Shown piece by piece: positions 57,973 through 64,000 of a DNA stretch of 64,000 nt. The notes below the pieces were generated by a model that worked only from the letters and a program-made list of their open reading frames with translations, did no database searches and was not told the origin of the DNA. Source of the stretch: Candidatus Omnitrophota bacterium (GTDB lineage Bacteria > Omnitrophota > Gorgyraeia > 2-02-FULL-51-18); NCBI GenBank assembly GCA_945877765.1, contig CAMDWQ010000005.1, positions 604 through 64,603 on the forward strand, written 5' to 3'. The translations under genes were made by a program, and so were the position numbers. How positions within the stretch are numbered: the stretch's first letter is position 1; every line of letters begins with the position of its first letter.

Positions 57973-59163
57973 TTATGGATTATACTGCAGGCGGACCCTA
58001 AACTTCGAGCCTTTTTGAAGCGTACTTTCGACCTCGATTTTACCCTGATGGCTCTCAACAATATGTTTGGCAATCGAAAGACCCAGGCCGGCGCCTCCGC
58101 TTTCCCGGGAGCGGCTCTTGTCCACGCGGTAAAACCGCTCAAAAATTCTAGGGAGTTCCACCTGGGCAATGCCAGCACCCTCATCGATGAATTCAATTTC
58201 AGCCTGGTCTGCATTGACAGAAGCACGCACGGTAACTTTTCCGCCAGTCGGACTGTATTTAATCGCATTGTCTAAAAGGTTGGAGATTACCCGTTCAAAA
58301 AGCGCCGTGTCGGCTTTTATTAAAAGAGGTTTGGGGGTAATCTGTATTTCAAAACGAATTTTTTTATCTCGGATTTTAAAATCGAGATAGCCCATTACCC
58401 GATCGAGCAGTCCCTGGAAATCCACGGATTGTATCCTCAACGAGTTCGCGCCAGACTCAATCGAGGACAACAACAGCAAGTCTTCGACCAGTTCGCTCAA
58501 TTTTTTGGCATGCTCTTCGATGATGGTAAGAAAATTAATCCGGTTCTGCTTATCATCAATCGCCCCCTCTTTAAGAGTTTCCACATAACCAAGGATGGAG
58601 GTCAGGGGAGTTTTTAATTCGTGAGAAACATTGGCCACAAATTCCGTTCGCACCCGCTCAAGCTCTTTGAGGAGGGTCACATCATGAAATACAGCCACCG
58701 CTCCCAAAAAATTAGCCGCTCCCACAATCGGCGATACTTGGATTTCAAATGTCTTTTCCGACAGGAGAACCGAATGCTCTTTACGGACAACGACACGTTC
58801 GCGCAGACAAGCCTCAATCATTTCATTGACTTCCGAATCCCTGAAAATTTCCCAGAAGTATGCATTTTGAGATAGGCTTTTCTTAAGGCCAAGCGCCTGC
58901 TCAAGCGCCGCATTCAACAGAAGCATTTTTCCCTGCGCATCCACAATGAGGACTCCCTCGGCCATACTCCCGAGGGTTGCCAGAATCCTATCACCCGCTT
59001 CCTGTGCCTGCAGGCTTTTTTTCTCAAGCTGCGTGTGAATCTCTCGCGAGCCAGCGATCGCCTGCCTCTCTACTTTGCGGCGGTGTAAATATTTTCCGAG
59101 AATAAAAAAAATAATCGCACAGAGCAGATAGCCTGCCAGGTAACTAACGGACATGTCGACCAT
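57973..59163 (-). CDS. phoR: PhoR-like PAS sensor histidine kinase
   Basis: FVANVSHELKTPLT, NLLDNAIKY, FERFYRVDKSRSR, GLGL. Confidence 0.85.
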   Translation of the reverse strand: MVDMSVSYLAGYLLCAIIFFILGKYLHRRKVERQAIAGSREIHTQLEKKSLQAQEAGDRILATLGSMAEGVLIVDAQGKMLLLNAALEQALGLKKSLSQNAYFWEIFRDSEVNEMIEACLRERVVVRKEHSVLLSEKTFEIQVSPIVGAANFLGAVAVFHDVTLLKELERVRTEFVANVSHELKTPLTSILGYVETLKEGAIDDKQNRINFLTIIEEHAKKLSELVEDLLLLSSIESGANSLRIQSVDFQGLLDRVMGYLDFKIRDKKIRFEIQITPKPLLIKADTALFERVISNLLDNAIKYSPTGGKVTVRASVNADQAEIEFIDEGAGIAQVELPRIFERFYRVDKSRSRESGGAGLGLSIAKHIVESHQGKIEVESTLQKGSKFRVRLQYNP

Positions 59164-59848
59164 CCTCGATAAAACGGTATCCCGATCCCCTTACTGTTTC
59201 AATGCTGTCGCGGTACTTTCCCAACTTTTGACGAATACTTTTTACATGCGCATCCACTGAACGATCCACCACAAACGACTCCCCTTGCCATACATGATCC
59301 AAAATTTTATCGCGTGAAAAAACCTTCCCCTGATTTTCCATTAAGAATGCCAGAATATTAAACTCAAGCTTGGTCAAAACCACGGGCTTTGCCTGGACAG
59401 TCACGCGATGGCGCTCGCGATCAAGGACAATGCCGGCCGCCTTTAGAAGAACTGCCCCCTCTTTCTCGATGCTGCGTTGTCCGCGAAGGATATTTTTGAC
59501 GCGCGCCAGGAGCACTTTCACGCTGAAAGGTTTTGAAATGTAATCAGAGGCGCCCAGCTCAAGACCGACCACCTGATCAATTTCGCTGCCCTTGGCAGTG
59601 AGCATTATCACCGGCGTCGAGCGAGTTCGGCTGTCGGATTTAAGTAGGCGGCATACTTCCAAGCCATCGATCCCAGGGAGCATTAAATCCAGGAGAATCA
59701 AATCAGGTTTTTTGGCACGCGCAAGGTCAAGCCCCTGCTCCCCTGTATGGGCACAAAGCACTTGATAGCCTTCTTTTTCGAGATTGTACTGCAGGAGCTT
59801 GGCGATATCCAATTCATCGTCAATGACGAGAATTTGATGTTTGGGCAT
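59144..59848 (-). CDS. phoB: PhoB/PhoP-like response regulator
   Basis: REC domain (DLMLP) + wHTH ETVRGSGY. Confidence 0.8.
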   Translation of the reverse strand: MPKHQILVIDDELDIAKLLQYNLEKEGYQVLCAHTGEQGLDLARAKKPDLILLDLMLPGIDGLEVCRLLKSDSRTRSTPVIMLTAKGSEIDQVVGLELGASDYISKPFSVKVLLARVKNILRGQRSIEKEGAVLLKAAGIVLDRERHRVTVQAKPVVLTKLEFNILAFLMENQGKVFSRDKILDHVWQGESFVVDRSVDAHVKSIRQKLGKYRDSIETVRGSGYRFIEDGRHVR

Positions 59849-60549
59849 TATTTTTTCTTTGGGGTACCGAGAATTTCTTTCACCTTCTCTTTAATCTTGT
59901 CGTGGATTTCATCCACGCTTTTATCGGCTTCCACGGCTTCAAAATTAAATTCCTTAGAGAGTTTGTCATATTCTTTGATCAGGGCGGACTGGTAGTTGGC
60001 AAAGCTGTCAAAAAGATCCTGACCCATATGCAAATCCATACCCGCTTCCCAATAGTTCATACCGCCAGCCTCAATGACTCTTGGAATTAAATCTTCGGTT
60101 TTAATTTTAAGATAAATCACTAGGTGCGGAATGATCGCAAAACTAAAAAGGTTCCTGATCCACTGCGCATCCGCGTCGCGCACCGCATCCCGGACAAACG
60201 CCGTATAAATATAACGGTCCGTCAGGACAATATGCCCAGATTTCAACGCCGGAATGATTTGATTTTCAAAACGATCGGCAAAATCGGTAGCATACAGCAA
60301 CGTAAACGTCATGCGATCCATGATGTTTCCGCTTTTGGCCAGCTCAATTGATTTTTGCATGAGATTCGAACGCGCCCAGCCTGTCTCGAGCACAGCGTAG
60401 CCCTGCACTTCCAGCCAGTTTTTTAAAAGCGCGACCTGCGTCGAACGGCCGGTGCCGTCCGTGCCTTCAATCGCGATTAATTTACCCTTGATCTGGTAGG
60501 GCTTAAGATAGGCTAAATTTTCGCCAAAATACTTTGGGTCTTCGGGCAT
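59848..60549 (-). CDS. Thymidylate kinase-like protein (paralog 2)
   Basis: EGTDGTGRST variant P-loop, DRY. Confidence 0.8.
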   Translation of the reverse strand: MPEDPKYFGENLAYLKPYQIKGKLIAIEGTDGTGRSTQVALLKNWLEVQGYAVLETGWARSNLMQKSIELAKSGNIMDRMTFTLLYATDFADRFENQIIPALKSGHIVLTDRYIYTAFVRDAVRDADAQWIRNLFSFAIIPHLVIYLKIKTEDLIPRVIEAGGMNYWEAGMDLHMGQDLFDSFANYQSALIKEYDKLSKEFNFEAVEADKSVDEIHDKIKEKVKEILGTPKKK

Positions 60550-61231
60550 AAATCGTCCTTTTTTTCAGATATCCCTTCAAATTCTCTTTTACCTTGCCGC
60601 GTACGATTTCCTGCTGGTCGTGAATCTCTAGCGTGGCATCGATGGAGGTCAGAGAAAACTCACCGACCATTTTTTTGTATTCTTCCATGATCTTGCCTTG
60701 AAAAATTTTAAATGATTCCTTGGTATCCTTGGAAAGCTCAAGATCCATCCCCGCCTCGTGAAACTTGATCTGCGCGCGGTTGGTAAGAATGCGCTCGCAG
60801 GCGGTCTGAATCGGCACATCGAAATAAAAGCTAATATCGGGCTTGACCGCAAAATTGTAAAGATTGCGAACCCACTGAGGACTGACGCCGCGCACCGTAT
60901 CGCGCGCAAACGCCGTGTAGGCATAGCGGTCCGCCAGCACAATCATTCCCGCTTTTAGCGGAGGAATAATCTGATAATTTAAGCGGTCAGCAAAATCCGT
61001 CGCATGCAAGAGGCTGAAAGTGGTTGGCGTGAGAATATTTTTCTTTTTCCCGTCGCGCGTGGTTTCTTTGACGAGGTCTGAGCTGTTCCATTCCGTAAAA
61101 AAAACAGAATAGCCTTCTGATTCCAGCCATTTTTTTAAAAGCGCAACTTGCGTGCTCTTCCCCGAACCGTCGACACCTTCGACGATGAAAAGCTTTCCGG
61201 GATATCCATGTTTTTTATCAAATTGGGGCAT
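60503..61231 (-). CDS. Thymidylate kinase-like protein (paralog 1)
   Basis: EGVDGSGKST, DRY, PD. Confidence 0.85.
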   Translation of the reverse strand: MPQFDKKHGYPGKLFIVEGVDGSGKSTQVALLKKWLESEGYSVFFTEWNSSDLVKETTRDGKKKNILTPTTFSLLHATDFADRLNYQIIPPLKAGMIVLADRYAYTAFARDTVRGVSPQWVRNLYNFAVKPDISFYFDVPIQTACERILTNRAQIKFHEAGMDLELSKDTKESFKIFQGKIMEEYKKMVGEFSLTSIDATLEIHDQQEIVRGKVKENLKGYLKKRTIYARRPKVFWRKFSLS

Positions 61232-61255
61232 CGATTAATCCTTGTAACCATTGTT

Positions 61256-61381
61256 GATAATTCGTTCAAAAAGACTCATATGCTAGGCGCGAAGAAGAGA
61301 GCGCGGAGACGCTATGGGAATAGCGTCGCACAAGCGAACGACTGAGCAACAACGCAGATGAGGCTTTTTCAACGAATTATC
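61256..61381. mobile_element. MITE-like element with 18-bp terminal inverted repeats
   Basis: gataattcgttcaaaaag / ctttttcaacgaattatc (17/18 match). Confidence 0.65.
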
Positions 61382-62376
61382 TTACCACTAAAAAACGGTT
61401 TTTGTCCAAACCACTGCACACGCAGGCTCGGCTTCACATGCTTGTATTTTAAATACTTTTTGACGATAAGATCCAATATCAATCCTTCTCGTATCCCCTT
61501 GTCAGATATAAAAATACGGTCTTTTTTAAATTGTTTTAAGAGCATCATCACCAAAACACTGCCGGCAATGATTAGATCCGCTCTCTTCTTATCTAGGCCG
61601 GGAATTTTACGAATCCTTTTGATGCTCATGTGGACTAGTTTTCGGTGAAGCTTAGCTAATTCTTTTTTTCGGAGTTCAAAATACCCTCTTAAGCGAAGTG
61701 CGCGCGATTCCCTTATTTCATAAACCATGGACGCTAGATTGATCAGCGTCCCCCCAGTACCCGCCAAAGAAAATTTTTTGCCATTGGCCATCTTCAACAC
61801 ATCGGCTATTTTTTCCTCAATCGATTCTTCAAGGTTACGAAGATTATCCTTCGACGGCGGATTTTTTTTCAAAAAACGATCTTTGAGCCGTGCCACACCC
61901 AAAGGCAGGCTCTCATCCATATCGATGCGCCGACGGTCGCCCAGAACAAATTCAGCACTTCCTCCGCCGATATCGATCACCATTCTCTTTTCTTTCGGAC
62001 GAGCCACACCGGACGACGCTCCCAGAAAAATAAGCCGTCCTTCTTCACGTCCGCTAATCACCCGGACACGGATGCCGGTTTTTTTATAAACAGCTTTCAC
62101 AAATTCAGGCCCATTTTTGGCATCACGGACAGCGCTTGTTGCCACTGCGACCGTTCGCCGAACTCGTTCTAATTTTGAAATTTTTGAAAAACGCTCAATC
62201 GTCTTGAGCGCCCGCTTGATGGCTTGGCGGGAAAGTTTTCGGGACTTAAAACTTCCATCCCCGATGCGGGTCATGTCCTTTTTATGGTCCAAAACCTCAA
62301 ACGAAAGATCGGGATACAGCTGTACGATCTTCATGTGAATAGAGTTGGTGCCGATGTCGAAGATGGCTATTTTCAT
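61369..62376 (-). CDS. ppx: Ppx/GppA phosphatase family protein
   Basis: DIGTNS, ATSAVRDAKN, EEGRL, DIGGGS, GIREG. Confidence 0.9.
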   Translation of the reverse strand: MKIAIFDIGTNSIHMKIVQLYPDLSFEVLDHKKDMTRIGDGSFKSRKLSRQAIKRALKTIERFSKISKLERVRRTVAVATSAVRDAKNGPEFVKAVYKKTGIRVRVISGREEGRLIFLGASSGVARPKEKRMVIDIGGGSAEFVLGDRRRIDMDESLPLGVARLKDRFLKKNPPSKDNLRNLEESIEEKIADVLKMANGKKFSLAGTGGTLINLASMVYEIRESRALRLRGYFELRKKELAKLHRKLVHMSIKRIRKIPGLDKKRADLIIAGSVLVMMLLKQFKKDRIFISDKGIREGLILDLIVKKYLKYKHVKPSLRVQWFGQKPFFSGKIIR

Positions 62377-62418
62377 GGGTTTCAAAGAGCATTTTACCAC
62401 ACCCTCAACCAATTACCC

Positions 62419-62525
62419 CACAACCCCTCCGCCTCCGGCACCTCCCCTTCGTAAGGGGAGGAAATTGTACACCATTTCCCCTCCTTTCGAAGGAGGGGTG
62501 GCGCCGAAGGCGACGGGGTGGTTGA
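62419..62525. repeat. Family C repeat pair
   Basis: Near-identical to units at 36213-36428. Confidence 0.85.
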
Positions 62526-62543
62526 AGGTTGGTTCGGGTTGGT

Positions 62544-62741
62544 TTAGGAGATCTCGCGCATCCTCATCGGTGAAGCATGATATTTCCGGCAACACTGGGT
62601 TTCGTGGCTATCATGCTTAGGCTTCTCTTCTATTTCTTCGATCAATTGGCCCAGCATTTCATTCTCTCTTTTCAAAGTGGCGATTACCACTTCACGCTCA
62701 AACATAGGCGTTTCTCCTTTTTTGTCTTTTTTTGTCATCAT
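62544..62741 (-). CDS. Small hypothetical protein
   Basis: 65-aa ORF with helical segment; weak support. Confidence 0.3.
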   Translation of the reverse strand: MMTKKDKKGETPMFEREVVIATLKRENEMLGQLIEEIEEKPKHDSHETQCCRKYHASPMRMREIS

Positions 62742-62816
62742 GAGATTACCGAATCTCTATAAGCATCAGATGAACATTTCATGATTTTTCTATGAAATTT
62801 GAGGTATCCTATTGTC

Positions 62817-63548
62817 ATGGAAATCCAGGGAAAGACAGCCCTCGTCACAGGGGCCGCCAAGCGTGTCGGTAGAGTCATCGCTCTTCAATTGGCCCAAAAA
62901 GGGGCTGATATCGTCCTGCATTACCACAATTCCAAAGAGGAAGCCCTTAGCACCCAAAAGGAAATTAAGGCGATAGGTGTCCACTGCCATTTGGTCCAGG
63001 CGGATCTCGCGCACGCCCAGCCCATTCATCACATGACTCAAGATCTAGAAAAAAACAAAATTAAAATTGATATCTTGATCAACAGCGCCTCTATTTTTTA
63101 CAAGACTCCCCTGCCCACGGTGAGCGAAGCCGACTGGGACCAGCTGATGAATGCCAATCTAAAAAGCTATTTTCTCCTCTCTCGCGAAATCGGCCTAGCC
63201 ATGAAAGAACACGGTAGTGGAAAAATCATCAACATCGTCGACTGGAGCGCTTTTCGCCCGTACAAAGATTACCTTCCCTATTGCACCTCCAAGGGAGGCT
63301 TGCTGACAATGACCAAAGCCCTGGCACGCGACCTAGCCCCAACCGTATGCGTCAATGCCATAGCCCCAGGTCCCGTCCTGCAACCTGAAAAATTATCCGA
63401 AGAAGAAATGCAGGAAACGATTAAAAAAATCCCCCTAGGCCGCTGGGGAAAACCCGAAGATGTCGCGAACGCCGTCAATTTCCTCGTGGAAAGCGATTAT
63501 ATCAACGGCACAGTTTTAGTAGTCGATGGCGGGCGGTCGATAGTATAA
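62817..63548 (+). CDS. SDR oxidoreductase, pteridine reductase/FolM-like
   Basis: TGAAKRVG (Arg typical of PTR1/FolM), NSAS, Y..SK, next to queD. Confidence 0.85.
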   Translation: MEIQGKTALVTGAAKRVGRVIALQLAQKGADIVLHYHNSKEEALSTQKEIKAIGVHCHLVQADLAHAQPIHHMTQDLEKNKIKIDILINSASIFYKTPLPTVSEADWDQLMNANLKSYFLLSREIGLAMKEHGSGKIINIVDWSAFRPYKDYLPYCTSKGGLLTMTKALARDLAPTVCVNAIAPGPVLQPEKLSEEEMQETIKKIPLGRWGKPEDVANAVNFLVESDYINGTVLVVDGGRSIV

Positions 63549-63577
63549 TCACGTGAACTGGTGGTAATTTAGAACCC

Positions 63578-63670
63578 ATGCACCCCGACGGGTGGCGCCG
63601 GAGGGGAGGCCTCCGCCGCCCGCAGTGAAGAATTACACGAGGACAGGCGGAGTCCCGCAGGTGACAGGAC
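63578..63670 (+). repeat. Family D element, intergenic copy
   Basis: Matches the two in-frame copies in giant ORF 1. Confidence 0.85.
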
Positions 63671-63704
63671 CCGTCGAGCACTTACACCGTACTAAGGAGC
63701 ACCC

Positions 63705-64000
63705 ATGTACCAAGTAGTCAAAGAAATCCATTTCTGCTACGGCCATCGCCTCATGAATTACAATGGCAAATGTGCCCATCCTCACGGCCACAACGGAAAG
63801 ATCGAAATTGAGCTGGCCGCTGGCAAGCTCGACAACCGCGGCATGGTCTATGACTTCGGGGATATTAAGGAAATCATCCAAAAATGGGTCGACCACGAAC
63901 TCGACCATCGAATGATTTTGAAAAAAAATGATCCTTTAGTGAAAATCTTAAATGATTTAGGCGAACCCTATTTTCTAATGGATGAAAATCCAACTGCCGA
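63705..64000 (+). CDS. queD: 6-carboxytetrahydropterin synthase (partial)
   Basis: AAGGAG RBS; MYQVVKEIHFCYGHRL...CAHPHGHN...GMVYDFG...LDH; runs off window. Confidence 0.9.
   Translation, partial: MYQVVKEIHFCYGHRLMNYNGKCAHPHGHNGKIEIELAAGKLDNRGMVYDFGDIKEIIQKWVDHELDHRMILKKNDPLVKILNDLGEPYFLMDENPTA

Noticed and set aside
63578-63700. Possible preQ1 riboswitch upstream of queD
   Set aside because: The sequence is a dispersed family D repeat also found inside giant 1; no preQ1 consensus seen.

Overview
A 64-kb bacterial chromosomal segment, almost entirely minus-strand coded. The giant modular genes suggest Candidatus Omnitrophota or a relative, but this is inference only. Housekeeping content includes split transketolase, glpK, cobO, a moxR-DUF58-batABCDE cluster, lemA/TPM, ilvD, panE, queC/queD, phoBR, two tandem thymidylate-kinase-like genes, ppx, tRNA-Arg and tRNA-Pro. 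A small metal/oxidative accessory block lies at 1.4-8 kb. There are three TA pairs, a RAYT transposase with flanking REPs and several small repeat/MITE families. The standout is two giant paralogous ORFs (3387 aa at 14967-25130; 2657 aa at 47988-55961) with the same layout. Each has a signal peptide, a shared N-terminal domain with TIKI/TraB/ChaN-like metallopeptidase motifs, then a string of unrelated cargo modules (kinase-like, M23, HPr-like, MTHFR-like, GH77, unknown), and a shared ~335-aa C-terminal domain. Each cargo module is delimited by a [AG]ARLA pentapeptide. One module is a complete DUF433/DUF5615 toxin-antitoxin operon with its own promoter on the opposite strand, and the giant frame stays open through it. 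Some linkers contain REP-like DNA repeats. This looks like a cassette-assembled, possibly self-processing secreted polyprotein system. All product calls come from visual motif recognition; no database searches were run.
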